Positions 28,862 to 39,521 of a stretch of 64,000 bases of DNA are shown in pieces. The position numbers and the translations under genes are program-made. The stretch's first letter is position 1. Each line of letters opens with the position of its first letter. The stretch lies in NCBI GenBank assembly GCA_963817915.1, contig CAWFQL010000017.1, positions 1 through 64,000 of the forward strand. The letters run 5' to 3'. The stretch comes from an uncultured candidate division Zixibacteria bacterium (lineage in GTDB: Bacteria; Zixibacteria; MSB-5A5; UBA10806). Below the pieces are notes generated by a model. The model saw only the letters and a list, made by a program, of their open reading frames with translations. It ran no database searches and had not been told where the DNA came from.

Positions 28862-30778
28862 ATGCAGAAGGCACGATTTGCTAATTCGGTCTATTTCAAG
28901 ATCATGGCGTTTGTCATGATGGCAAGCGTGATGTTTATTGCCGGTTGCGATAAGCTCGGCAATGGCACTACCGGCGGATATACCGTCACATTTAATCTCA
29001 CCGCGCCATCATGGTATAATGGCGGAAATCTTACAGCCGCGGGCCTATATTCAGCGATAGATAATAGCGCCGCTGTCAAATATGGCCAGGTCAATTTATC
29101 AGGCAACAAAACCGCGACCATTACCATGAATAATGTACCTGAAGGTACTTATGTCGTATTCGCTACCATAGACGCCGACCAAAGCGGTTTCAGCGCCAAT
29201 GGTCAGCCGAAAGTCGGAAACATGTTCTGGGGCGGTTTGAATGTGTCGATAACCGGAGATAAAGTCATCACGGTCACGCAATATCATTGGCAATATTATT
29301 CAACAAATTCCATCCTCCTCGAAATTACCGGGATACCTGCCGGAAATGAAGGCAGGCCGATGGGTGCTGGAATATTTGAAGATGGAACTGACGTCTTGGG
29401 CAATCTCAACAACATTCAGCCATTGATGGGCGGCAACGGTATCGTCTATAATGGCGCTGCCATTATCGCTGCGAATCCTAACGGCGGCCCCAATGATAGC
29501 ACGTTCAATAGCTATCAATTGCCTGCGGGTACTTATGATTTCTGGATGATAGTCGATGCCGACGGGACACCGGCCCAATGGAATGATTCAACCGGACATG
29601 GCGTGGACGCCTCCACAGGAGATTACATCGACAGCCTGAATTTTGTATATACCAATAATTCTTCTTGGCGTCAGATCGCCGGTACTTTCGATCAGCTGAC
29701 AGCCATGACTGCAACCATCAATGTCACCCTTCCCGCCGGATTAAATATAACCGGCAATCAAATAGGCGCGGTTTTATATAATAACTGGAATGATACTTTG
29801 CCGGTTGTTGAGAGCATTACGACTATCACAGGCGCCACGACAGCCTTAACATTCAATTTCTTCACGGAAAAAAATTATCAGATAGCAGTTATAGTTGATG
29901 TTACAGGAAATGGAATCAATTTCGCCGAAAATACTGTACAATCCGGGGATTTGATCTGGGGAGCGCTCGATGTTCCGACGACCGACAATCTCGTAATTGA
30001 TGTCCCCGCGGAAGCGATGCAGGAATACCGGAATTTCATATTCGGTCTTGGCGGAATTCCCTCAGGCCATGATGGGCAAATTGTAGCAGTCGGATTGTAT
30101 TATAACAATCAAGAGCCCCTCAGCCAATGGTCTCAGCGCCTTTTAAGCGGTAAAGGCTATATCTACAATAACTCAGCTTTGATAGCTTTGCGCGCCGACG
30201 ATAATTCCGCGGATACGCTTAATATCGATTATGTCAATGGCACCGATTATGATGTTTGGTCGCTTATTGATGTCGATGGTATTTATTCTGACTATCAGGA
30301 TTCCTTACATAATCCAATTACAGTCGGAGATTATATAAGCAAATTTGATTTCCATTGCCTTTCCAATCTAAATAATAATTTTGTACTGACTACAGGATCT
30401 TATTCACCGTTGGTAAGCATTTCGGGTACAGTCTCGTGCCCTGCTTACACTACCGGAGATATCTACCTGTTCCTTATGAGAACTAATCCTTTGGTCAATC
30501 AAAATTCACCCGAAGTAACCAATACGGTTCTCACCGCCCCGGGCGCTTTCACAATGCCGTTCTACTCCAATGATTCGATATTGGTAGTAGGTTTCTGGGA
30601 TGCTGATGGTACCGGTGGTTTAAATGGCCCTACACAGAATGATGTCATTGGCGCGTACGGCGTCACCCCCGGTGACACCCTCCTGCCAATGCAATATATC
30701 CATACAACCGATGTCAACTCCAGCGGCAAGGATTTCGAGCTTTGGCTCGCTTACGATAGCACCGCCTTTATGCCATGA
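28862..30778 (+). CDS. Lipoprotein with about five repeated beta-rich domains
   Basis: Lipobox FIAGC; recurring IDADQSG / VDADG / VDVTGNG / IDVDG / WDADG loops. Confidence 0.7.
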   Translation: MQKARFANSVYFKIMAFVMMASVMFIAGCDKLGNGTTGGYTVTFNLTAPSWYNGGNLTAAGLYSAIDNSAAVKYGQVNLSGNKTATITMNNVPEGTYVVFATIDADQSGFSANGQPKVGNMFWGGLNVSITGDKVITVTQYHWQYYSTNSILLEITGIPAGNEGRPMGAGIFEDGTDVLGNLNNIQPLMGGNGIVYNGAAIIAANPNGGPNDSTFNSYQLPAGTYDFWMIVDADGTPAQWNDSTGHGVDASTGDYIDSLNFVYTNNSSWRQIAGTFDQLTAMTATINVTLPAGLNITGNQIGAVLYNNWNDTLPVVESITTITGATTALTFNFFTEKNYQIAVIVDVTGNGINFAENTVQSGDLIWGALDVPTTDNLVIDVPAEAMQEYRNFIFGLGGIPSGHDGQIVAVGLYYNNQEPLSQWSQRLLSGKGYIYNNSALIALRADDNSADTLNIDYVNGTDYDVWSLIDVDGIYSDYQDSLHNPITVGDYISKFDFHCLSNLNNNFVLTTGSYSPLVSISGTVSCPAYTTGDIYLFLMRTNPLVNQNSPEVTNTVLTAPGAFTMPFYSNDSILVVGFWDADGTGGLNGPTQNDVIGAYGVTPGDTLLPMQYIHTTDVNSSGKDFELWLAYDSTAFMP

Positions 30779-30801
30779 TAATTTTTCAGCGATAATTACC
30801 T

Positions 30802-30828
30802 AAAGGCCGGATCGCTCCGGCCTTTTTT
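30802..30828 (+). terminator. Intrinsic terminator
   Basis: AAAGGCCGGA-TCGC-TCCGGCCTTTTTT. Confidence 0.8.
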
Positions 30829-30990
30829 ATTGCATAAAAGTCCAGTCAGTTCATATTCCCGAAATGATATGTCGGGGTGTGAGCTGGCTGTTCGACCATT
30901 TAACACGATAAAGTTGCTTTTCGCTTGCCCAATTTGCCATATATGCATAATTTCCAATCGGTGTGTAATTTGTTGTGATGGGAGAATGAA

Positions 30991-33108
30991 ATGAATAATC
31001 AACTTGATGCTATTTTTAAACCAAAATCAATCGCAGTCTTAGGAGCGTCATCAAAAAAAGGCACCATAGGCTACGCCATATTTAATAACCTTATCCGTTA
31101 TAATTTTAAAGGCAAATTATATCCGGTCAACCCGAAATCGGAAACTATCAACGGCCTCAAATGCTATCCTGCCATCCTCGATATACCCGATAAAATCGAT
31201 TTGGCCATAATAGTCGTGCCGCGCGATCTAATGGAACAAGCTGTTGACGAATGCGGCCAAAAAGGCGTGTCATGCGTAATCGCGATTACTTCGGGCTTTA
31301 AGGAGATCGGCAAAGAAGGAGCGGCCAAGGAACGGAAACTGGTAGAGCTGATTCGCAAATATGGCATGCGAATGATCGGACCTAATTGCTACGGTGTTCT
31401 TAATACCGACCCCGCCTATTTGATGAACGGCACATTTTCCAAGCTTAACCCGCTTCCAGGCAAGATGGCATTTCTTTCACAATCCGGTTCGCTCGGCGAA
31501 GTTGTCATTGATTATACCAATAAGCTCAATTTGGGCTTTTCCATGTTTGCCTCAATCGGTAATAAAGCCGACATCTCCGATATCGACATTCTCGAATATT
31601 GGAAGGATGACCCAGAATCTCAGGTCATATTGCTTTATCTGGAAAATATCGAAAATTCATCCGAATTCATAAAAATCACCCATGATATTACGCGCAATAA
31701 ACCGATTCTTGCGATAAAAGCCGGTAGAACCGAATCCGGCGCGAGGGCAATCAGCTCCCATACCGGCGTACTGGCCGGTGGCGATGTCGGTGTCGATGCC
31801 CTTTTCGAAAAATGCGGCATAATCAGGGTCGATGCCTTCGATGAGTTATTCGATATGGCCATGGCACTTTCCAGCCAGCCGCCTCTGAAGGGAGACCGAA
31901 TCGCGGTTATCACGAATGCCGGCGGTCCCGGAATTCTCGCGACCGATGCTATCGAGAAATTGGGCCTCAAAATGGCCAGGTTCGAGCAGCCCACCATCGA
32001 TTTTTTGCGAGCCCATCTCTCACCGATGGCCGCGGTAAATAACCCGATCGATGTCATCGCCTCAGGCGGCCCGGAATCCTACGCCGCCGCAGTCGAGGCC
32101 TCGCTGAAGGACCCCAATGTTGATGGTCTAATCGTAATCTATGTCCCCCCGATCCTTATTGACCATAAAGTCCTGATCGATTCCGTTATTGATAGGGTGA
32201 CGAAATATCAAAATGGCAAGCCGGTGCTGTCGTGCCTGATGGGCTCACCCGGCGGAATTCCCGGCGCGGATGACCTGATAAAAAAGAATATCCCGATATA
32301 TACATTCCCAGAGGGCGCTGCCAAAGGTATGGCCGCGATGATGCAATATCGAAAGATACGCCAAAGAATGAACGGCAATATTCGCCAGTTCAATGTCGAC
32401 AAAGCAAAGATAGAACGCTTCATCGAAAGTACGCGAAAAGCAAACAAAAATACTATTATCGGCGATGACGCCCTGGCAATTCTAAATGCTTACGGCGTCG
32501 GGATTGTAAAATCAATCAAAGCCAAAACCGAAAACGAGCTTTTCGAAGCTTTGAATATCCTCGCCTACCCAATAGCTATGAAAACAGATGACCCCACCAT
32601 TCTTCACAAGACCGAAGTTGGTGGCGTAATTTTGAATCTGAATAATAAAGATTCTGTAATTGAATCATTTAATAAAATGAAAGCCAAATTCAGCGGGCCA
32701 GACCGGGATTTCGCCGGTGTTGTTCTGCAGGAGATGGTCACCGATGGTGTCGAGACTATCATTGGAATGAACGGCGATCCCTTTTATGGGCCCCTCATAA
32801 TGTTTGGACTGGGGGGAGTGCAGGTAGAGCTGATGAAGGATGTCGCGTTCAGAGTTGGCCCGTTGAGTGATATCGAAGCCGATGAGCTTATTAGATCTAT
32901 AAAAAGTTTTCCTCTGTTGAATGGTTTCCGCGGATCAACTCCGGTGGATCTCAATCGTCTTAGCGAGACAATTCAACGGTTATCGCAATTGGCCTCGGAT
33001 TTTCACGATATCGAATCATTTGACCTAAATCCATTCCTGGCGTCGGCGAATCCCGAAAAATCGAAAGCTCTGGACGCTCGTTTTATCCTGAAAAATCTAA
33101 GGCGCTAA
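30991..33108 (+). CDS. ADP-forming acyl-CoA (acetate-CoA) ligase, fused alpha/beta
   Basis: PKSIAVLGAS, GPNCYG, SQSG, SHTG (phospho-His), TNAGGPG, HKTEVGGV, DLNP ATP-grasp. Confidence 0.9.
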   Translation: MNNQLDAIFKPKSIAVLGASSKKGTIGYAIFNNLIRYNFKGKLYPVNPKSETINGLKCYPAILDIPDKIDLAIIVVPRDLMEQAVDECGQKGVSCVIAITSGFKEIGKEGAAKERKLVELIRKYGMRMIGPNCYGVLNTDPAYLMNGTFSKLNPLPGKMAFLSQSGSLGEVVIDYTNKLNLGFSMFASIGNKADISDIDILEYWKDDPESQVILLYLENIENSSEFIKITHDITRNKPILAIKAGRTESGARAISSHTGVLAGGDVGVDALFEKCGIIRVDAFDELFDMAMALSSQPPLKGDRIAVITNAGGPGILATDAIEKLGLKMARFEQPTIDFLRAHLSPMAAVNNPIDVIASGGPESYAAAVEASLKDPNVDGLIVIYVPPILIDHKVLIDSVIDRVTKYQNGKPVLSCLMGSPGGIPGADDLIKKNIPIYTFPEGAAKGMAAMMQYRKIRQRMNGNIRQFNVDKAKIERFIESTRKANKNTIIGDDALAILNAYGVGIVKSIKAKTENELFEALNILAYPIAMKTDDPTILHKTEVGGVILNLNNKDSVIESFNKMKAKFSGPDRDFAGVVLQEMVTDGVETIIGMNGDPFYGPLIMFGLGGVQVELMKDVAFRVGPLSDIEADELIRSIKSFPLLNGFRGSTPVDLNRLSETIQRLSQLASDFHDIESFDLNPFLASANPEKSKALDARFILKNLRR

Positions 33109-33115
33109 GATAACC

Positions 33116-33776
33116 CTATTGCTCTTCAGCTTGTTTTCCAATTAGTATCTGAATACCAAGATAGATGCTCGTGAAATGCGAGTTGAATTTCGCGAACCGC
33201 CCCGCGCCAATATATTGCTCCAATCCGAATGTATTATCATATTTTAGATTCATGTCGAGGGCCCAGTCGTGCGCTCAGCCAGATTGCCAGCCCACCTGTA
33301 ATACTATATCCGCCCAATACTTGGGATTCTTTTGTTTTATGATCAATAGTTTCATCGTTGGAGTCTTTGAGCCACGATTCAATCATGAACCAGTAGAATC
33401 CCGTCGTCAATTCGCAATAAGGCCTCAAGATATCTCTATCCACCTGGAGCCTGACCCCGATCATGCCGTTGATCGAAAGATTAGCTGTCTCAAGTTTGGC
33501 ATTGCCGATAGATTCAATATTTCTATTTTCTGTTTTGTGGTCAAATCCGCTGCCTGTCAGCCCCAACACCAATCCGACGGTTTTTGTCTCGAATGGCGTA
33601 ATTACGAATTTGCAGTATGCTGAAGGTCCTGTCTTGCTATAATGATTGAATTTTCCCTCGGGAATTACCGGTCCTAATCCCGCTTCCACTGTACCCAACA
33701 TTTCCGCCGCCGCAATATTATTGCATGCCAAGACAGCCACGCTAATTATTAAAAATATCACTCTTGTTGTCCGCAT
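33116..33776 (-). CDS. Outer-membrane beta-barrel-like protein, frameshifted near the 3' end
   Basis: Signal peptide and alternating beta-strand pattern; continues in other frames to TAG at 33116. Confidence 0.55.
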
Positions 33777-33841
33777 ATATTTATATTATTATATTTGCGG
33801 CTGGCGGGGTGTCAATCGAAATCAACCATCGGATTCCCGTC

Positions 33842-34047
33842 GTAGGGGTTTGATTCATCAAACCCCATAGCATGGTGCGGTCGGGTCTTCGCACCCGACC
33901 GATAGGGAGCAGTAGGTCGCGGTTTGATCCGGCTACTGCCGGAGAAAACCCGACATCCTTTTACAGTGTATTTCCTGCGAGTCACGGCTTGCCGTGACCG
34001 CATATGGAAGTATTAGGTGGTGCGGTCGGGTCTCCGCACCCGACCGA
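33842..34047. repeat. Cluster of five REP-like palindromes
   Basis: GTAGGGGTTTGATTCATCAAACCCC; family A at 33875 and 34020; GTAGGTCG..TCCGGCTACTGCCGGA..CGAC at 33912; GTCACGGCTTGCCGTGACCGCA. Confidence 0.85.
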
Positions 34048-34073
34048 AATGACCGCAATTTAACGGAGCAATA

Positions 34074-34649
34074 ATGCGCCAAATGAAAATCAAAATCCCA
34101 ATCTTAATTCTCTTATCCGGAATTTTCCTATTCTCCTCCTGCGGTATCTTATACAAAAAGGAAAAATCTCCCCCGATAACTCCTGATAATCTGACTCAAT
34201 CAATACTCTGGGACATCCATCAGAATATCCGCTATACATATTTCTACTATGCCGATGGCAGCACCGCGTCGGGCTTGATGCTTCGCTGGCAGGGTGATTC
34301 AGTCCTGGTACAGCCGCGCGGCGAAGATAAGGCCAGAAAAATCTCGACATCCGGCGTCAGCAAAATTAAGGTAGTGCTCGGAAACCGGGCTTTTGAATCA
34401 ATGGCTATCGGGATCGCCGCGGCAACCGGTTACTGGCTGGCGGTCGAGGGCTGGCAATTGAAAGGTCTCAGCATCTGGTCGTCTATAAGCAAGATATTTG
34501 TGCCGTTCGGGATTGTAGTTGCGGGCAATCGGGTATGGTTCTTCGAACGAACGGACCCAGGAATTCCTTGTCCCGCCCGATTTCGTCTTCTACTACGACC
34601 GCGCCAAAAAAATCTACGAAGCGCCACAAGAATAAAAAAAATTAAATAA
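34074..34649 (+). CDS. Hypothetical lipoprotein / membrane protein, 3' end probably frameshifted
   Basis: Lipobox FSSC; two hydrophobic segments; implausible basic tail. Confidence 0.55.
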   Translation: MRQMKIKIPILILLSGIFLFSSCGILYKKEKSPPITPDNLTQSILWDIHQNIRYTYFYYADGSTASGLMLRWQGDSVLVQPRGEDKARKISTSGVSKIKVVLGNRAFESMAIGIAAATGYWLAVEGWQLKGLSIWSSISKIFVPFGIVVAGNRVWFFERTDPGIPCPARFRLLLRPRQKNLRSATRIKKIK

Positions 34650-34700
34650 CCCGAAAAAAGTACTTGACACAATTAATAGTCTTGAGTATCTATAATATGA

Positions 34701-37493
34701 ATGATTAAAAGATATTTGTTCTTGACGGCATTGGTCCTATTATTTTATAGGTCTTTTTCATTTGCTTGCATGGACTGCCCCGGTCATCAAAATTATGATT
34801 GGTGTACTGTTATCGTTTCGCAAGAGGATCCTCAGCAGGGCATATTAATTTTAGCTGTTTCCAGTTTTTGGACCTGCGCTGATGGCTGGGATGAGGGTGT
34901 TCAGGATATTCCGCCGATATTTTATGTCGAATTGTATAATAAATGTACTGACAAATATGAATTTGCCTGGGCCCAGGATCAGGGGAATTTTGATGGAAAA
35001 GAGTGGGGATGCGGCGTAATTTGTCTCCCTGGATGCTCATGTGAATGTGATTGGATACATATGCCACAATGCTGCGATAAAGAAACCCATTTTAGATCAG
35101 ATTACAGTGTAACTTTTGGCCATTTGACGGGCAAATTTAGAGTTTATGCCTTGTGGAAAGGTGGCCAAATCGTTTTTGACCGATATTTTGAATTTGGAAA
35201 CTTAATAATCCCTGGCGAAATTACGGAATTCAGCGGGATAGAAATTTGCGATTTGCGAGGAAATTCGGTGCCTAATTCCGCCACCTTCGATATTGATGAG
35301 CCTATTGGAATTAGGGCATCAGTGAACTGGAGCGACGATCCTTTTCCACTAGAGGATCTTTGGGGAATTGTAAAAACAAATGGGACTCTGGATTCTTTGA
35401 TTGTGCCTTTACAATATGTAAGAGGCGGACCTATCGGAGCTAGTTATTTCGGTACTATAGCAGCGGGAGCATTAAGTCAATTATATTCAAATCCCGAAGG
35501 TCATTTTAATGGTCACGTAAGAGACGTATTAACTGTTTATCCGACTAGAGCGGGATGCAAAATTTCCACACTGCCAGTCCCAAATGACCAAGTCTTTGTT
35601 TCTATTATAACAATCGATGTATTTCAAATTCAGTTTGATAATGATTATCCTATTTGTATTGACGGCGGTCCCTCGGGCCTAAATCCCTGTAAAAATGTGG
35701 GGAAGCCTCAATGGGTTGAAAATGATAAAAACGACCCGGTTTGCTATAAAAGATCGCATTATATTGATATGAAATTATCCTTGAATGCCAATTTTAATCC
35801 CCAACATAATTTTAGATTCCAGCTTGAAGGAGTCCCTGAGGTGACTGATTATTTGGATTATTTTGTCGCGGGATTTTTTGTGACGCTGAATGGGCAATCT
35901 ACAACCATCTCGGGAGTAAGACCCATAAACCCATTGCCCGACACATTATGCGGCTTTGACTTGAGTTACAGATGGCATATTCAAAAATCTCCAATAAAGC
36001 CCTATAAGGCCATGAATAATTCTGGCCCTCACAGAATATATGTGGTCTATGATCAGCCTTGCCAGAATCAATATTCATCTCCAGCGAATACTCTCGGGCT
36101 TGATCTTGTCTGCATAAGATATGCACATGGTTTAAATCAGCCTAATTCAATTTTGAGTGCCATAATGAGTGGTATTTACGGAGAAACAAATATTTATTAT
36201 GATCCAAACCAATCCCCTATTCTCTACATAGACCCTTATAATCTTTACAGGACGGGGATAGGCCAATGTAATTCATTCGCAAGGTTTTTCTTGGTTTTAG
36301 CTCATTCGGTGGGAATTCCCGCCAAAAAGGTTACCGTCTATAGTGGTCGGGAGGAGCTAGGATTAATATATTGGCATTATTGGTTTAATAATTGCAATCC
36401 TCCGGATCTTCGTTGGAGTTTATTATTTTGCCAGAACATTATTGATAGCCAAGGCCATAACGGCGGTTCGCATGGTAGCTTTTGCCCTCCTTACTGGATT
36501 TTTAATTATCATGTGGTAGCTGCATACAGCGACGGCGTAACAAACACAACTTATGATGCTGTTTATAATAAATCAGGTGATTTTAATACCCAATACGGTG
36601 AATGGCTACGATATTATTATACATTTCCCCCGGGTCAAATAGAGCCGCCCGGTGATCTGCCAGGTTTATATAATCACCCTGTCGGCGAAAATCCGTTACC
36701 ATTATGGGGAAATTTTACAGTACGAAAGATATACCATGATGACTTAATTCATCCGCCTTATCCTCTATTAACAGTGGGCGCTGGATCAATTTTATTAAAC
36801 GGTAATTTAGAATATTCTTCGGATGGTGCTGATTCCTTTAGAACTGTGGTAGCGCCTTGGGACCGGGACTATATGATGTTTCTAAAGATGTTTGCGAGCG
36901 AAAAATTGGGGAATCGTTATTTATATCCTGCTATTGATATTCCCGGCGAGAGTCTTGAGAGATCATCCAATAAAAAGGCTCCGGGTGATTATATGGTTGA
37001 AACATCTACTTTATCCCCAATTGTATCCTTGGATATGGCTGATAATAAATGGTTTGATAATTGTCTCAAGACGATATTGACTCCAAATTATTACGATAGA
37101 AATATCAGTGGCTTTATTAAAAAATATGATGATGTGTTAGGTGATTCTTCGAGACATGAGTTTTATGGCAAATACCAATTTAATGGTATTAAATTTTCTA
37201 CAGGCGGCTGGTTCGGGAAATTTACGGATATCGGTGTTTATTCTAATTATAGCAGCGTAGTTGAGTTTTTAAAGCTAGCTCGCCAATACTTTCAACTGCC
37301 CGAAATATCGCAGGACAAGGTCGATATCTATAATGAAGGTGATGATTTTTTCTATTCCGTTCTTGACCGAGATAATATGTTTTGGCTAAGAGGTTATAAT
37401 GTTGTGCTTGATAATCAAAACGATTTAAAAGATATGATTAAAACCAATATTATCCAACTGGCTAAATACTATGACAAGGATTTTGTGCCATGA
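34701..37493 (+). CDS. Large secreted Cys-rich protein with a transglutaminase-like domain
   Basis: Signal peptide; GQCNSFARFF..LAHSVGIPA, NYHVVA and TYDA give a candidate Cys-His-Asp triad. Confidence 0.65.
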   Translation: MIKRYLFLTALVLLFYRSFSFACMDCPGHQNYDWCTVIVSQEDPQQGILILAVSSFWTCADGWDEGVQDIPPIFYVELYNKCTDKYEFAWAQDQGNFDGKEWGCGVICLPGCSCECDWIHMPQCCDKETHFRSDYSVTFGHLTGKFRVYALWKGGQIVFDRYFEFGNLIIPGEITEFSGIEICDLRGNSVPNSATFDIDEPIGIRASVNWSDDPFPLEDLWGIVKTNGTLDSLIVPLQYVRGGPIGASYFGTIAAGALSQLYSNPEGHFNGHVRDVLTVYPTRAGCKISTLPVPNDQVFVSIITIDVFQIQFDNDYPICIDGGPSGLNPCKNVGKPQWVENDKNDPVCYKRSHYIDMKLSLNANFNPQHNFRFQLEGVPEVTDYLDYFVAGFFVTLNGQSTTISGVRPINPLPDTLCGFDLSYRWHIQKSPIKPYKAMNNSGPHRIYVVYDQPCQNQYSSPANTLGLDLVCIRYAHGLNQPNSILSAIMSGIYGETNIYYDPNQSPILYIDPYNLYRTGIGQCNSFARFFLVLAHSVGIPAKKVTVYSGREELGLIYWHYWFNNCNPPDLRWSLLFCQNIIDSQGHNGGSHGSFCPPYWIFNYHVVAAYSDGVTNTTYDAVYNKSGDFNTQYGEWLRYYYTFPPGQIEPPGDLPGLYNHPVGENPLPLWGNFTVRKIYHDDLIHPPYPLLTVGAGSILLNGNLEYSSDGADSFRTVVAPWDRDYMMFLKMFASEKLGNRYLYPAIDIPGESLERSSNKKAPGDYMVETSTLSPIVSLDMADNKWFDNCLKTILTPNYYDRNISGFIKKYDDVLGDSSRHEFYGKYQFNGIKFSTGGWFGKFTDIGVYSNYSSVVEFLKLARQYFQLPEISQDKVDIYNEGDDFFYSVLDRDNMFWLRGYNVVLDNQNDLKDMIKTNIIQLAKYYDKDFVP

Positions 37494-38230
37494 GATACTT
37501 ATTGGCACTGATTGCATTGCTGATATGCTTTAATATCGCTTCCGCTGAACGATTCGTTTATTGGCTTTCTCCGAACCTTCCTATCCCCCCTGATACTACG
37601 GTTGGAGTTAGAGACACGATGTTTATACCGGATAGCATCCTTATAGAGGATTTGAATGTTTATATAGGTATTGACGCTCAAGGTTGGGGCGATCTTCTTG
37701 TAATCCCCATAAAATCGCCTTGGCATCATCAAGTATTTTTGGCTAATAGAAATCTGGATCGCCCCTATTTTAATATCTGGTTTGACACGCAAACCGAGGA
37801 AGACGGCCCCGGTCAATTGGAAGATTATAATGGGCATTATTCTAACGGCAACTGGATTATTAATCCCTCCCAACCTATGGGCCATTTTGATTTTATCTTT
37901 TCGACATGGGCCATCGAGATTTATGGTCAGCTAATGACAGATGTCAAAGACGAAATAAATCAACCGCTCAAATTCGGCATATCGTCCGGCTATCCGAATC
38001 CATTCAATGACAAAACTCAAATCAAATTTTCCCTTAAAGATCCGGGTCAAACGACACTGAAAATCTATAATATTATCGGGCAGGAAGTTTGCACGCTATT
38101 AGATGGCCAACTTCAGCCAGGTACCCATTTCATTGATTGGGATGCCTCCGGGCTTGCTTCCGGCGTTTATCTGTGTGTCTTGAAATCATCTGATAAAGAT
38201 TCCCATCTCCGCCTAACCCTGCTGAAATAG
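37490..38230 (+). CDS. Secreted protein with proprotein-convertase P-like domain and C-terminal sorting domain
   Basis: PIPD-like start, IEDLNVYI, GDL.I.IKSP, G..S.GNW; YPNPFN...LASGVY...LTLLK. Confidence 0.75.
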   Translation: MRYLLALIALLICFNIASAERFVYWLSPNLPIPPDTTVGVRDTMFIPDSILIEDLNVYIGIDAQGWGDLLVIPIKSPWHHQVFLANRNLDRPYFNIWFDTQTEEDGPGQLEDYNGHYSNGNWIINPSQPMGHFDFIFSTWAIEIYGQLMTDVKDEINQPLKFGISSGYPNPFNDKTQIKFSLKDPGQTTLKIYNIIGQEVCTLLDGQLQPGTHFIDWDASGLASGVYLCVLKSSDKDSHLRLTLLK

Positions 38231-38257
38231 TAGGCCGGAACCCCCCGTGGTTCCGGC
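38230..38257 (+). repeat. GTAG-headed REP-like palindrome
   Basis: GTAGGCCGGAACCCCCCGTGGTTCCGGC. Confidence 0.6.
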
Positions 38258-38366
38258 GATATGCAGCCTCTTTATTATTGCTTTATAGTCCCGGCTTGCC
38301 TATATTCACCTCAGGAATGGCACATACTCATTTCAAATAAAATCACATTATACAGGGAGGTCCTAC

Positions 38367-38795
38367 ATGGACATCGAAGTGCGGCTGGCTAAAAAAGGAG
38401 ATATCGATATCATCCACGGTATCCTCGAAGAAATCCAGCCATGCGATATCAAACAGCGCGCCCGGCGGTTCGATCAGGCTATCGACTCCAATTTCTCGAC
38501 CTACCTCGTAGCCGTATCCGGCGAAAAGGTAATAGGTTTCGTCAATATCTGGCATATACCGGATATCGTCGATGGCGGCATTCTGGGTATTATCCTGGAT
38601 TGCTATGTCTCCAAGGAACATCGCCATCGCGGGGTCGGCAAGATGCTCATGAATTCCGCCAATGAAATCTGGAAGAAAATCGGAGTCAATAAAAGCTTCG
38701 GATGGATGAACCCCAATAATAAGAATGCCATCAGCCTGCTGAAAAAATTAGGTTATTCCACCGAAAGCCTGATGCTCGAAAAAAACATGGGCTGA
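38367..38795 (+). CDS. GNAT family N-acetyltransferase
   Basis: YVSKEHRHRGVGKMLM; N.NAI.L.KKLGY. Confidence 0.85.
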   Translation: MDIEVRLAKKGDIDIIHGILEEIQPCDIKQRARRFDQAIDSNFSTYLVAVSGEKVIGFVNIWHIPDIVDGGILGIILDCYVSKEHRHRGVGKMLMNSANEIWKKIGVNKSFGWMNPNNKNAISLLKKLGYSTESLMLEKNMG

Positions 38796-38950
38796 CGAAC
38801 AATATATGGATTGGTATATCCATTAAATAATAAAAAAATATTAGATTTTTCTGGCGCAGCGCATTTTCGATAATTATATTATTTACCAGATCAACATCTT
38901 GGCCGGAAACGGGAATTCCTTAATAACCTCAATGATGCGGGAGGTTTCTT

Positions 38951-39340
38951 ATGTACAATAATCTCCAGGGGAGATGCGGGCTATATTGCGGGCACTGCTC
39001 GATTTACATGGCATATTCGACCAGTAACCGAGAGGCCCTGCAAAAAATAGCCTCCGAAATTAATAAAACTCAAGACAAAATGATCAAACCGGAAGATGTC
39101 AAATGCCTTGGGTGCAAAAGCCCAGCTGTTTCCTGCTGGAATTCCACATGCGAAATACGCAATTGCGCCGACGAACGGGGAATCGAATTCTGCTATCAAT
39201 GCCGTGTTTATCCCTGCGATATAATTCAAAACCATCTCGAAAAACACCCTCAAGCCAGGGAAAATATGAGAACTATATCCAAAATCGGCCCATATGCCTG
39301 GCTTACCGAGATGATGACTAAAAGTGTCGAGGGTATGTAG
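38951..39340 (+). CDS. DUF3795 Cys-rich metal-binding protein
   Basis: CGLYCGHC, CLGC, CEIRNC, FCYQC..YPC. Confidence 0.85.
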   Translation: MYNNLQGRCGLYCGHCSIYMAYSTSNREALQKIASEINKTQDKMIKPEDVKCLGCKSPAVSCWNSTCEIRNCADERGIEFCYQCRVYPCDIIQNHLEKHPQARENMRTISKIGPYAWLTEMMTKSVEGM

Positions 39341-39521
39341 CGTTGATATTCCAGCTTATCCGCACTTGAGGCTATTAGTAACTATCTCGATGTAGCTTTA
39401 TAAATCATTATAATAATTTCTATAGACTTATCATGTCGAATATTTTAAATTTTCGAGTCATGATAGTAAATGTAAGAAATGGTAATTGGAATTTGATTTC
39501 CAGGTAAAACAGGTGGAGTCC

